Source: Promethearchaeota archaeon
GTDB lineage: Archaea > Asgardarchaeota > Lokiarchaeia > Sigyniarchaeales > SOKP01
Assembly: GCA_048941265.1 (NCBI GenBank)
Contig: JBHLNT010000010.1
Coordinates: 1-55,907, forward strand
Direction of reading: 5' to 3'
DNA: 55,907 nucleotides
The translations under genes and the position numbers were made by a program. Below the pieces are notes generated by a model that saw nothing but the letters and a program-made list of their open reading frames with translations, was not told the origin of the DNA and did not search any database. Shown piece after piece: positions 10,097 through 20,625 of the stretch (positions within the stretch are counted from its first letter, which is position 1; the number at the start of each line of letters is the position of its first letter).

Positions 10097-11800
10097 ATGA
10101 TAACGAAAGTGCATGATATTGTCATAGTTGGAGCAGGACTTGCCGGTCTAAGAGCTGCAGAAGAAAGCAGTAAGACTATGGATGTAGGAATTGTAAGTAA
10201 GGTTTATCCCGTTAGATCTCATACTGTGAGTGCAACGGGAGCAGTTCATATATCACCAGCGCCCGGAGAAGATCCAGAAGAATACATGAGAGAAACCATC
10301 AAAGGAGGAGATTACCTCAATGATCAAGATGCAGTGGAGGTGATGGCACAGGAGGGATTTTCGGAGTTAATCCGTTTGGAGGATATGGGAATTGTGTTCC
10401 ATCGTGCTTTCGAAGGGGAAATATTACGATCTTCACCTGGTGGTATGACAACTCGAACTGCAACCGTAGTCAGTACGGGATGGGCTCAAGAATTAGTTTG
10501 TACACTCCAAGAGCAGTTACTTAAAAAAAGGGTTACTTTCTACAATGAATATTTTGCAACTTCACTTCTGGTAGAGGATGGCATCTGTAGGGGGATAACT
10601 GCTTATGATATCAAAGATGGAGAATTTTATGTAATTAGAGCAAAAGCAGTCATTATGGCTACTGGAGGCTGGGGGCGGGTATATCCGGTAACCAGCAATT
10701 CACATATCTGCACTGGTGATGGTACTGCCATAGCTTTTAGAGCGGGGGCAAAGCTTAAGGATATGGAATTTGTACAATTCCACCCCACTGTCCTATACGG
10801 TTCGGGTATATTAATTTCTGAAACTGCCAGAGTACTAGGAGGTTACCTTCGGAATGCGCAAGGAGAACGATTTATGGGCAAATATGCCCCTCATTTTTGG
10901 GAAATAGCTCCGAGAGATGTGGTAAGTCAAGGGATGCAAAAAGAAATTGATGAGGGAAGGGGTATTGAGGGAAAATATATCGGAATTGATCTTCGTAAAT
11001 TGAGAAAAAGGTGGAGAAGAGCTATGGATGTCCCATTTTTCAAACAGCGTTTTGATGCTTTTGCTGATCTAGCACAAAGTTTTGTTTTTGTAGACATTGA
11101 AAAAGATTTAGTTCCTGTCGTTCCTGGTGAACATTTTACTATGGGCGGGATCAAAACAAATATTTGGGCTGAAACAAATATAAAGGGATTATTTGCGGCA
11201 GGTGAGTGTGCATGTACAGGTGTTCAAGGAGCAAATAGAGAAGGAGCAAATGCATTAACAGAGTGTGTTATTTTTGGTCGACGCGCAGGGATTAGAGCAG
11301 CTGAATATGCAAAAAAAGCTCAATTGCTTAATTATCCTAAAAATCAAGTTGAGAAAGAGCAGAATAAAATTGAGATGCTTTTAAATTCAGAAGGACCTTA
11401 TAAAATAAGCGAATTAAGAAACGAACTCCAAGAAATTATGTGGAAAACTGCTGGTCTTTTTAGAAACCAAGAGGGTTTAGAAATGGGGTTGACTAATGTA
11501 AAAGAATTAAAGCAAAAATTTAAGGAGATAAATGTAGGGGACAAAAGTAAAATCTTTAACACGGCTTTAATCTATGCCTTGGAGCTTGAAAATTTATTAG
11601 ACTTATCAGAATGTATCATTTTAGGAGCATTAAACCGTAAAGAGCATCGTGGAGCGCACTATAGGGAAGATTATCCAGAGAGAGATGATGAAAATTGGTT
11701 GAAACACAGTTTATTTAGATATGATGGAGAAAATACTCCTAAATTATCCTTTGAAAATGTAATTATTAATAACTTTTCTCCGGAACCGAGGGAGTATTGA
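10097..11800 (+). CDS. sdhA: Succinate dehydrogenase/fumarate reductase flavoprotein subunit
   Basis: GAGLAG, RSHT (covalent FAD His), EFVQFHPT, APRDVVS, HFTMGG, GANR, RGAHYREDYP, C-terminal P..REY. Confidence 0.9.
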   Translation: MITKVHDIVIVGAGLAGLRAAEESSKTMDVGIVSKVYPVRSHTVSATGAVHISPAPGEDPEEYMRETIKGGDYLNDQDAVEVMAQEGFSELIRLEDMGIVFHRAFEGEILRSSPGGMTTRTATVVSTGWAQELVCTLQEQLLKKRVTFYNEYFATSLLVEDGICRGITAYDIKDGEFYVIRAKAVIMATGGWGRVYPVTSNSHICTGDGTAIAFRAGAKLKDMEFVQFHPTVLYGSGILISETARVLGGYLRNAQGERFMGKYAPHFWEIAPRDVVSQGMQKEIDEGRGIEGKYIGIDLRKLRKRWRRAMDVPFFKQRFDAFADLAQSFVFVDIEKDLVPVVPGEHFTMGGIKTNIWAETNIKGLFAAGECACTGVQGANREGANALTECVIFGRRAGIRAAEYAKKAQLLNYPKNQVEKEQNKIEMLLNSEGPYKISELRNELQEIMWKTAGLFRNQEGLEMGLTNVKELKQKFKEINVGDKSKIFNTALIYALELENLLDLSECIILGALNRKEHRGAHYREDYPERDDENWLKHSLFRYDGENTPKLSFENVIINNFSPEPREY

Positions 11801-11811
11801 GGTGATGAGCC

Positions 11812-13404
11812 ATGAATGTCAAACTTAACGTATTTCGGTTTGATCCTAGTGTAGATGCGGAACCTCGATATGAAGTTCATGAAATACCCGCAGAAAGAGA
11901 AACCACCGTATTAGATGGTCTTATTTATATCAAGGAAAATTTAAGTTCTACTCTATCATTCCGGAGATCTTGTAGGGAAGGAGCATGTGGTTCATGTGCA
12001 ATGAGAATTAATAAAATATCCTCTTTAGCATGTAAAACTCATATTTTTGATGTATTTAAGAATAATTCTGTTTTAGTGGAACCTTTGGATCATTTTCAAG
12101 TTATAAGGGATTTGGTTGTTGATTTGGAACCCTTTTTTAACGGATTAAGCCATATTCGTCCATGGAGAATTGCAAATCTTTTAGAGGATAATGTAGAAAA
12201 GCCTCGCAAAATAGACATGAATAAATTTTTAAAGACGATGGAGGCAAAATCCTGTATCTTATGCGCTGCATGTTATTCGGATTGTAATGTGATAGATGTA
12301 GACAGAACATTCATAGGACCTGCTTCATTAGTTAAGGTTGCCCGATTTATGTCTGATCCGTGGGATTCCCATGATGGAAGGCTAAGAGAAGCAATAGATC
12401 TGGGTCTTTTTAAATGTCCGATAGACCAAGAATGTGAAATTGCCTGTCCTAAAGGCATTGATATTAGGAGAGGTGTAGTTGAATGGTTAAGATATCAATG
12501 TGCAAAAGATGGTTTAGGTCCTTTGCCTACACACAGACAGTTAGTATTGAATGTAATTAATACTGGCGGAGTTGTACCCATTCAGAACACCCCGGCATTT
12601 GACTTACTTCCAGAATATAATAAGGAATTTGAAGGAGAACCTCAGGCTGAAGTAGTATTATTTACGGGTTGTATAATCAATCGAAGACAGCAGGACACTT
12701 GCAAGGCAATAATTGAGATTTTTCAAAATAATAGAGTAACAGTTCACTTACCAAGAGCACAGACTTGCTGCGGGTCTCCGTTTATGAGGACGGGACAGAG
12801 AGATACGATGAGACCCTTTGTTGAAAGAAATTTTAATCTATTCAATGAGTTCGCGGAAAAAGGAATTAAACATGTCGTGACAAGCTGTTCTGGGTGTAAT
12901 TCTACCTTCCGGTTTGATTATCCCCAATTAGCAAAAGAATATAATATTCCAATGAATTTTGAAATTTATGATATCGGGGAATATATGGCAAAAATTATCA
13001 ACTTAAATACTAACGATTTGAAAGAATCTCCTCTTAAACTTATGTATCATTACCCTTGCCATATTAAGGCGTCCAAATTAGAAGAGGAAATATACATCGA
13101 TTTATTAAACAAAATTCCCGCATTAGAACTTGTAGACGCTCCGAAATCAGGTTTATGCTGTGGAGGAGGTGGAGGTGTGCGATCAGCATATCCTCAACTT
13201 TCGGATGATCTTGCATTGCGAAGAATTGAAATTGCAAAGGAATATGGTGTGACTGGTTTAGTGACTAATTGCCCCTTTTGCGTGATATCTTTTGAGCGGG
13301 TTTTGAAGATGAAAAAGGAGCAAGGAGAAGATATGGGGTTCAACCTTCATGACTTTTATCGACTTTTTGCCGATGCATATAAAAAGAAAAACGAAAATAA
13401 CTAA
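11812..13404 (+). CDS. SdhB/FrdB Fe-S domain fused to HdrB/D-like CCG domains (thiol:fumarate reductase TfrB-like)
   Basis: SCREGACGSC ([2Fe-2S]), CILCAACYSDC, CPIDQECEIACP, then FTGC...CCGSP...TSCSGC and HYPCH...CCGGGGG...TNCPFC. GAGGTGA precedes the start. Confidence 0.88.
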   Translation: MNVKLNVFRFDPSVDAEPRYEVHEIPAERETTVLDGLIYIKENLSSTLSFRRSCREGACGSCAMRINKISSLACKTHIFDVFKNNSVLVEPLDHFQVIRDLVVDLEPFFNGLSHIRPWRIANLLEDNVEKPRKIDMNKFLKTMEAKSCILCAACYSDCNVIDVDRTFIGPASLVKVARFMSDPWDSHDGRLREAIDLGLFKCPIDQECEIACPKGIDIRRGVVEWLRYQCAKDGLGPLPTHRQLVLNVINTGGVVPIQNTPAFDLLPEYNKEFEGEPQAEVVLFTGCIINRRQQDTCKAIIEIFQNNRVTVHLPRAQTCCGSPFMRTGQRDTMRPFVERNFNLFNEFAEKGIKHVVTSCSGCNSTFRFDYPQLAKEYNIPMNFEIYDIGEYMAKIINLNTNDLKESPLKLMYHYPCHIKASKLEEEIYIDLLNKIPALELVDAPKSGLCCGGGGGVRSAYPQLSDDLALRRIEIAKEYGVTGLVTNCPFCVISFERVLKMKKEQGEDMGFNLHDFYRLFADAYKKKNENN

Positions 13405-13485
13405 ATTAATCAGTACAAAATTTCGACTTTTTTTATATTTTTTAATACTTATATAACTTAAATTAAAATTTACAAATGATAAAGA

Positions 13486-14331
13486 ATGGAATATGAAACA
13501 ATAAAGTTTGAATTACAGGAAAATGGAATAGGATTTTTAACATTCACTAGAGCAGATAAAGCAAATGCTATGTCGTTTCAAATGGTGGAGGAACTTCATT
13601 CCATATTTGACGAATTAATGATTAATCTTGATTGTAGGGTCCTTATAATTAAGGCAGAGGGTAAAGTATTTAATGCCGGTCAAGATTTGAATGACGGAAC
13701 AATTTTAAAACAAAAAAAGAAGCCCGAACGGTATAAAAAATTCTATTATTTAGATATTCCTGAAGTTCTTAAAAATTTTATGTATTACCAATGGAGAATA
13801 GCAGATCTTATTGTAAAAATGAGGAAAGTCTCACAGCCTATTATTGCTATGGTCCAGGGTCCAGCAATGGGTGCAGGATTTTCTTTTACTTTAGCTACTG
13901 ATATCCGAATTGCTAGTAAAGAAGCGAAATTCAATGCCGCATATATAAATCTCGGATTAACGGGATCAGATATGGGGAGCAGTTATTTCCTTCCGAGACT
14001 TATTGGTATGTCGAGAGCAGCTGAATTATTGTATACAGGACGATTTTTTGATGCTAATGAGGCTCTAAAAATAGGTTTCATTTTGAAGATTGTTGAGAAA
14101 GAAAAATTGCTTAACTCTGCCCTGGAAATTGCTGAAGAATTACTTTCCAAAAGTCCTTTAGGATTGAGAATGACAAAACAAGCCATAAATTTAACTCTTG
14201 ACTCTCCCAGCTTAGAAACAATGATTCAATTCGAAAATAGGGGTCAAGTATTAAGTGGGAGTTCTGAAGATATTTGGGAAGCTTTTTATGCATATATGGA
14301 AAAGAGAAAGGCAAAATTCCCTTTACGTTAA
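13486..14331 (+). CDS. Enoyl-CoA hydratase/isomerase (crotonase) family protein
   Basis: NAMS, FNAGQDL, QPIIAMVQGPAMGAG, DIRIAS, SDMGSSYFLPRLIG. Confidence 0.9.
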   Translation: MEYETIKFELQENGIGFLTFTRADKANAMSFQMVEELHSIFDELMINLDCRVLIIKAEGKVFNAGQDLNDGTILKQKKKPERYKKFYYLDIPEVLKNFMYYQWRIADLIVKMRKVSQPIIAMVQGPAMGAGFSFTLATDIRIASKEAKFNAAYINLGLTGSDMGSSYFLPRLIGMSRAAELLYTGRFFDANEALKIGFILKIVEKEKLLNSALEIAEELLSKSPLGLRMTKQAINLTLDSPSLETMIQFENRGQVLSGSSEDIWEAFYAYMEKRKAKFPLR

Positions 14332-14371
14332 TTTAAGAATAATTTAAATTTTAAAGAGAGTGAAAAAAAAT

Positions 14372-15703
14372 ATGGAAATTACAAAAAATTTAGCTGAGTT
14401 CGTAGTATCAACAAATTTTGATGATTTGCCAATCGAAGTTGTTAAAGAAGCGAAGTTATGTTTTTTGGATTGGTTAGGAGTAGCTTTAGCGGGGGCTCAT
14501 GATCCCGAACTGAACAGTCTCTTTCAAGTGATTGAGCTCATCGGCGGTAAGGAGCAAGCAACTATTCTAGGAAAAAATGTAAAATCGTCAATATTAAATG
14601 CAACACTCATGAATGGAATGAGTTCTCACCTATATGATTATGATGATACTTCAATAGAATTCCTCGGTCATGCGAGTGTGGCGACGATTCCGTGTATTTT
14701 AGCATTATCTGAATGGATGGGAATAGGCGGTAAAGATTTTTTGGCTGCGTACATAATAGGGTTTGAATTCGGCAGTAGAGTTGCTATAGGAGCTTCTGCT
14801 AATCATACATTAAAGGGTTGGCATCCAACTTCTACAATAGGTCACTTTTCCTCCACAGCCGCGGCGGCAAAACTATTAGGATTGACATTAAATCAAATGG
14901 TTTATGCATTTGGGATAGCAGGCACCCAAGCTGCGGGTATAAAAGCTGTTTTTGGAACTCCCTGCAAACCCTTTCATCCAGGAAAAGCAGGATTTAATGG
15001 ATTATTATCAGCTTTATTGGCTCAAAGAGGATTTACTAGCATAGATAATATTTTAGAAGGTAAAAATTGTTTTTGGGAGATGTATTCTACTAGATCGAAT
15101 CCAAGAGCAGTATTAAAAGATTTAGGAAGTAAATGGAGCATTCTAAATAACAATTACAAATTTCATGCATCATGCCATTATACTCATGCCGGAGTCGAAG
15201 CTGTTCTTGCTATTAAGAAAGATCTCAAAGAATTAACTGAGCATAAGATTGATAAAGTTGAGATATATGTATCACCAATGACACTTGAAAACGCGACCAT
15301 AATGAACCCTAAGACGGGGTTAGAAGGTAAATTTAGTGTTCCATATGTCATTGCAAATACAATTTTAAGAGATGATACGGGAATGGGAGCTTTCACTGAT
15401 GAAAAAGTAAACGATCCTAAAATATTTAAATTGAGAGAAAAAATAAAAGTGATTCCTGATAATAATTTAGCAGGCTTCGCTTCTAAAGTGGTTATATATA
15501 TTGATGGTGAGAGTTATGAGAAAGAAGCTAATCTTTTTACCATGAAATTAACCTATGAGAAAAAAAAGGAAGAACTTTTAAAAAAATTTAAATCTTTGGT
15601 TAGTTTGTACATAAAAAAAGATAAAATTGAAGAACTAATCACGCGTATCGAAAACATGGAGCAAGAAAATAATATGGCAAATTTAATAAATCTTTTAGTA
15701 TAA
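14372..15703 (+). CDS. MmgE/PrpD family protein
   Basis: SHLYDYDD, GHAS, GWHPTST, KPFHPG, YKFHASCHYTH, GKFSVPY. Likely start is ATG 14372 after GAGAGTGA. Confidence 0.9.
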   Translation: MEITKNLAEFVVSTNFDDLPIEVVKEAKLCFLDWLGVALAGAHDPELNSLFQVIELIGGKEQATILGKNVKSSILNATLMNGMSSHLYDYDDTSIEFLGHASVATIPCILALSEWMGIGGKDFLAAYIIGFEFGSRVAIGASANHTLKGWHPTSTIGHFSSTAAAAKLLGLTLNQMVYAFGIAGTQAAGIKAVFGTPCKPFHPGKAGFNGLLSALLAQRGFTSIDNILEGKNCFWEMYSTRSNPRAVLKDLGSKWSILNNNYKFHASCHYTHAGVEAVLAIKKDLKELTEHKIDKVEIYVSPMTLENATIMNPKTGLEGKFSVPYVIANTILRDDTGMGAFTDEKVNDPKIFKLREKIKVIPDNNLAGFASKVVIYIDGESYEKEANLFTMKLTYEKKKEELLKKFKSLVSLYIKKDKIEELITRIENMEQENNMANLINLLV

Positions 15704-15763
15704 CATCATACCAATTTTCTAACAATAATTCTTAATATTTTAAAAAAATAGGTGAAAATTTCT

Positions 15764-17143
15764 ATGAAGAAAAATGAAAAACAATGGTGGGAAAAACCAG
15801 GCTTTTCAATCATGTATCAGATAGAGGCCAGGCCTGGTTGGTTTTGGAATAGAAATTACGATAAATTCAACGCGTCTATGAAGGATAAGGAAGGAAATTT
15901 AAAATTTAACGGCCCTTTCTGTAATATGAAAAAATGGGTTGAATTTTCGAAAAGAATAGGGGTAGATTACCATATTTTGGAAGTTAAATGGCATGATGGA
16001 ATTTGTTATTGGGATACCAAGTATACCAAATGGAAAACGCCGGAAGATTATGTTAAAGTCTTTTCAGAAGAAAGTAAAAAGGCAGGCATTCCATATTTGT
16101 TTTATTATTCCAGCATTTTTGATCATAATCCTGATTTTGATGATATTCAACCCCTTCGCGGTGTAACACCTTCTTTTATAGCAAGGCACGATGAAAATAA
16201 AGAAAATATTGCGAAATATTCAAAGGGTTTCGCAGAACTTATTAGAGATATGTTTAAAGTACAAGTAGAAGAGAGAAAAATCCCCTATACGGCTAAATAT
16301 TTTGATGATGTAGAATTTCATGATTTCACATATAATCCTAAAAAATATGAAGATTATGTCCTAAATCAGTTAAAAGAGCTGATAGATAATTATCATCCCG
16401 ATGGGTTGTGGATGGATTGGTATTGGGGAGCTGACGAGGCTACAACATTTCTAGTTATGGAATTTATGGAGAAAAATTATCCAAATACCATTTTAACTTA
16501 CAATGTAAGTATTGACAGACGACCGAGATATATTCATTATTTATCCGGTGAAGCACACGATGTGAATACTGCATGGAAAAGTGGTAAAAAATATAGAAGA
16601 AAGAAGAAGCCATGGGAATTATGTGGACCAGCTGCTTATGGTTGGGACGTTCCACAGGCCAGACCTGATCCATACGAGATATTTCGGATTGCTGCGATAA
16701 TCATGGCGAGCGGTGGAAAATATTGTTTTGGTCTGCCTTCACAAATGAATGGAGAATTGTATCCCGAACCAGCTGAGAATGTAGAAATGTTCGGAAAATG
16801 GTATAATCTAAGACGGAATTTATTCATTGAAGCAATCCCTATGAAATATAAAGGGGATAAAGTTCCTGGGGTTGAAGTCAAGGAAAAGAACTTTATGTGT
16901 ATTGGATGTTTGTATGAAATTGACAATTTAATTCATATCATTAATTTAAAAGGATTAAAAAAGGAAATATTAATTGAATTTTCAGGAGATGAATGGAATA
17001 ATATTGCTAAAGTAATACTTGAACCTCAGAAAAAAGAGCTAAAATTTTCTAAAAAAGAAAGTGCGACAATATTAAAAATAGAAAAAGAAGATATCGATCT
17101 TGCTGATACCATACTCCGAATTAATATTAATAATTCGAATTAA
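15764..17143 (+). CDS. Glycoside hydrolase family 29 (alpha-L-fucosidase-like), divergent
   Basis: KWHDGICYWDT resembles KHHDGF.LW; also YYS, QLKELIDNYHPDGLWMDW (nucleophile-like Asp) and PWE. ATG 15764 follows AGGTGA. Confidence 0.72.
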   Translation: MKKNEKQWWEKPGFSIMYQIEARPGWFWNRNYDKFNASMKDKEGNLKFNGPFCNMKKWVEFSKRIGVDYHILEVKWHDGICYWDTKYTKWKTPEDYVKVFSEESKKAGIPYLFYYSSIFDHNPDFDDIQPLRGVTPSFIARHDENKENIAKYSKGFAELIRDMFKVQVEERKIPYTAKYFDDVEFHDFTYNPKKYEDYVLNQLKELIDNYHPDGLWMDWYWGADEATTFLVMEFMEKNYPNTILTYNVSIDRRPRYIHYLSGEAHDVNTAWKSGKKYRRKKKPWELCGPAAYGWDVPQARPDPYEIFRIAAIIMASGGKYCFGLPSQMNGELYPEPAENVEMFGKWYNLRRNLFIEAIPMKYKGDKVPGVEVKEKNFMCIGCLYEIDNLIHIINLKGLKKEILIEFSGDEWNNIAKVILEPQKKELKFSKKESATILKIEKEDIDLADTILRININNSN

Positions 17144-17203
17144 TATTAATAAAGAATAATTTTAATCGATTAAAATAAAAAGAGAAAAAGAATCTTATAT
17201 TTT

Positions 17204-17734
17204 TTATTTTTCTTTTAACTCCTCAAGTAATTGTTTTTCAAGTCCACCAACTTTAAGTAAATTCAATAGAATTGGGTGAATTTTTGTACCTTTAATCTTT
17301 TTCCCTGTCTTTAAAACAGTGATTTCAGCATTGGGAATATTAATTTCGATTTCATCACCATTTTCAAATTCCTTAGAAATATCATTAACTTCGAGTATAG
17401 GTAAGGCTCGTGCAAAGGAAGAACGATAAAATATACGAGCAAATGACTCAGCTATAATAGCAGCAATTCCTTTTTCTTGAATTATTGCTGGCGCAGTTTC
17501 TCTACTTGAGCCACATCCAAAATTTCTGCCAGCTACGATAATATCTCCATCTTTGACTTTGGTAGGAAATTCTTTTATGATAGTCTCACAAGTATGATCT
17601 AAAGTTGCTTGTAAATTATCTAAATATTGACTTGGAGACACTGCATCGGTGTCAACATTATCTGGAAAAACCCATACTCGACCTTTTATTATGTCCTTAT
17701 ACTCTTTGATTGCTTTTGTTCCGATTATTGCCAT
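17204..17734 (-). CDS. leuD: 3-isopropylmalate dehydratase/homoaconitase-type small subunit
   Basis: DNVDTD, GRNFGCGSSRE, AESFARIFYR. Actual substrate uncertain. Confidence 0.88.
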   Translation of the reverse strand: MAIIGTKAIKEYKDIIKGRVWVFPDNVDTDAVSPSQYLDNLQATLDHTCETIIKEFPTKVKDGDIIVAGRNFGCGSSRETAPAIIQEKGIAAIIAESFARIFYRSSFARALPILEVNDISKEFENGDEIEINIPNAEITVLKTGKKIKGTKIHPILLNLLKVGGLEKQLLEELKEK

Positions 17735-17745
17735 ATTATCACCTC

Positions 17746-19014
17746 TTAAAAATCCCTCGGGTCTGTTAATTCACCTTTTAATGCGGATGCAGCAACGGTT
17801 GCTGGAGATCCTAAATAAACATATGCAGCAGCACTCCCCATCCTTCCTTGAAAGTTTCTATTTGAACTAGAAATACAAACTTCACTTGGTGCCAAAAGTC
17901 CTCCATGCCCCCCAAAACATGCTCCACAGTTTGGATTAGTAATAATGGCTCCTGCATTTACCAATATTTCTGAAATACCTGTTTTTGCTGCTTTTAACCA
18001 GATTTCTTTAGATGCGGGGGTTATTATCATTCTAACGTCATTATGAATTTTCTTTCCTTCTAAAATTTTTGCTGCAATCTCTAAATCTTCATATCTTCCG
18101 TTTGTACAAGAGCCTAAGAATGCTTGGTTGATTTTAATTCCTAAAACTTCGGAAATAGGCTTAACATTATCCACTGTATGTGGACAAGAGACTTGAGGTT
18201 CTAAATCAGAAACATCCATTTCATACGTTCTCTCATAAGATGCATCTGAATCTGGCTTCACTAATTCAATAGGTTCTTGAGTTCTTTCCTTAATCCAATT
18301 AACAACTTTCTCATCTGGAACTCCAAATGCAAATTTTGCTCCTAATTCGAGAGCAAAATTAGACATCGTCATTCTCGAAGCAATACTTAAATTCTCCATT
18401 GTATCTCCAGTAAATTCTATAGACTTGTAAGTCGCAACTTCCGCAGAAAAATCTCCAGCAATTTTAATGATGATGTCTTTACTCATTACATTATTTTGCA
18501 TTTTACCAGTAATATTGAATTTAATCGTATGAGGTATTCTAAACCATAATTCTCCTTTTACATATGCATAAAAAAGGTCTGTATTACCTACTCCACAACT
18601 AGCGGCATTAAAAGCACCATATGTAGTCGTATGGCTATCACCTCCTATTATTAACATACCTGGTTTGATATACCCTTTTTCAGGAAGAACTTGATGACAG
18701 ATTCCTTCTCTTATATCATAAAAATTCTTAATTTCTTGTTTTTTAACGAATTTTCTAATGAGATCATGAACTGCCGCCCATCGTTCAGAAGGGGGAGGAT
18801 TATAATGATCAAATAGCACTACAATTTTACTAGGATCGAATACTTTTCGCTTTTTTGAGGGTCTAATTTTATTGAAATCTATGACTGTTTTACCTGTTCC
18901 AAAATGGGACATTATTAAATCGATTTTTGCAGTAATGATATCATTTGGTTTAAAATCAGTTCCAGAAAGGGAATGTGATGCCAAGATTTTTTCCGCTATA
19001 GTTTTACCACTCAT
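17746..19014 (-). CDS. leuC: 3-isopropylmalate dehydratase/homoaconitase-type large subunit
   Basis: FDH, GICHQV, GDSHTTTYGA, GSCTNGR, CGACFG, SNRNFQGRMG. Actual substrate uncertain. Confidence 0.9.
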   Translation of the reverse strand: MSGKTIAEKILASHSLSGTDFKPNDIITAKIDLIMSHFGTGKTVIDFNKIRPSKKRKVFDPSKIVVLFDHYNPPPSERWAAVHDLIRKFVKKQEIKNFYDIREGICHQVLPEKGYIKPGMLIIGGDSHTTTYGAFNAASCGVGNTDLFYAYVKGELWFRIPHTIKFNITGKMQNNVMSKDIIIKIAGDFSAEVATYKSIEFTGDTMENLSIASRMTMSNFALELGAKFAFGVPDEKVVNWIKERTQEPIELVKPDSDASYERTYEMDVSDLEPQVSCPHTVDNVKPISEVLGIKINQAFLGSCTNGRYEDLEIAAKILEGKKIHNDVRMIITPASKEIWLKAAKTGISEILVNAGAIITNPNCGACFGGHGGLLAPSEVCISSSNRNFQGRMGSAAAYVYLGSPATVAASALKGELTDPRDF

Positions 19015-19072
19015 TTAATTACCTCATAAATTTAGCTTAATTAAAATAATAAATTATTATTTAAATTTTAAA

Positions 19073-20458
19073 TCACAGCCCTAATTTCTTTAGTTTCTCC
19101 TTATTTGCCGAGACTTTCTCTGGATTAAGATCATAAAGTATTAAGAATACAATCAAGCCTATAACCATTATAAGCATTGGAGCTATTGTAAATTGAATAC
19201 GAAGACCTAATAAAGCCAAATCAGACTGTTCTTTTAACGAGGGATCAAATCCTGTAGCAATATGTATTATCCAGAAGGTAAATGCTTGTATAATTATAGA
19301 TAATCTGACCATAAATGTCCTAATGCCTAAGAATATGCCTTCTTGACGTTTACCCCTATCAATAACTATCTCATCAATGCAATCAGAAAAAACGAGCTGA
19401 TTACCATAATATATAGAGGCAACTCCAAATCCTATAATTCCAACAATTATTACAGCAGACCATAAATCAGTGAAGAAAAATAAAATTGATAATGATATAA
19501 CAGCCCATGTTAAGCCTACTAAAAATAATCCTCGATGTCCAAGTTTATTAGTCAATTTTACCCAAAAGATTATTCCAATTAATTGACCGAAGAGAAGAGC
19601 GATACCAAAGAATATTTCGGCACTTGCCGGTAAGCCTAATATATACGGAACTATATATGGAACAGAAGCCATCATAATTGTAATTAAACAGTGGAATGCG
19701 AGATATGCAATGAGGTATCCTACAAAATTTTTGTGTTTAGCAGCAATTTTCATCGCTTTGAGAAAAGAATCTTGTTTTTTTTTTTCTTCAACAAAAAAAG
19801 CAGCGTTTTTCCTCATTTCTTCATCTTCACGACAACCTGGGATAGTGATAAGGAAGGCTATAAACGAAATTATTGACATTACTAGCATTGCTATTATATA
19901 CGATTGTTTATCTCCATAAGTAATGAATAATGGCGGAAGTAATGTACCTAATGCCGTTGAAAATAACCCAATGGGAGCTCCAACTCCAGCAATCTTTCTA
20001 CGTTCTCTATCCGAGCGAAATTTATCAGGAAAAAGCGCATATGTGTTTGTCATCCATGCTGAATAAAAAGCATCATATAAACATATGGAAGTTAAAAACC
20101 ACGCAAAAAGAAACATTGAGTGCGCAGAAGTATCATCAGCAGGAGGCATAAACACAAATATAATAAAGAAACAATAAGGAATTCCTGATGCAACTATCCA
20201 AGGAAATCTTCTGCCATATTTATTCCAAAAACGATTTGGTTTATCCGATAAAAAACCTAACAAAGGATCATTAACCATGTTCCATAAGCCATATATAATA
20301 TACCCAATTAATATTAGTGTCACATCAAGCCGTATTTCATATTCATAAAATGCAAAAACTCTAGCAGCAAATACAGTGAATAAAAAAGATCGAACGAAAT
20401 AAGTAAATGCAAAACTCTTGTAGATTTTTGGGGAATATTTTAGTTCAGATTCATCCAT
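19073..20458 (-). CDS. MFS glycoside-pentoside-hexuronide (MelB-like) transporter
   Basis: NDPLLGFLSDK, GRRFPW, ERR, DCIDE...RQEG; about 12 TM segments. Confidence 0.88.
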   Translation of the reverse strand: MDESELKYSPKIYKSFAFTYFVRSFLFTVFAARVFAFYEYEIRLDVTLILIGYIIYGLWNMVNDPLLGFLSDKPNRFWNKYGRRFPWIVASGIPYCFFIIFVFMPPADDTSAHSMFLFAWFLTSICLYDAFYSAWMTNTYALFPDKFRSDRERRKIAGVGAPIGLFSTALGTLLPPLFITYGDKQSYIIAMLVMSIISFIAFLITIPGCREDEEMRKNAAFFVEEKKKQDSFLKAMKIAAKHKNFVGYLIAYLAFHCLITIMMASVPYIVPYILGLPASAEIFFGIALLFGQLIGIIFWVKLTNKLGHRGLFLVGLTWAVISLSILFFFTDLWSAVIIVGIIGFGVASIYYGNQLVFSDCIDEIVIDRGKRQEGIFLGIRTFMVRLSIIIQAFTFWIIHIATGFDPSLKEQSDLALLGLRIQFTIAPMLIMVIGLIVFLILYDLNPEKVSANKEKLKKLGL

Positions 20459-20625
20459 CTTTATTCCTTGATAATTTATTGGTTTTTTTTATTTGTTTAT
20501 AGTATTTAGTTAAATCATTATTAGCTATTGAAATTTATATAACTTCTTCAAATACAAACTCTTTATAATTTAAAGCAGAAAAAGTATTAAAAAAATTAAA
20601 AAAAAAAAGGAAATCTTATTTTAAA

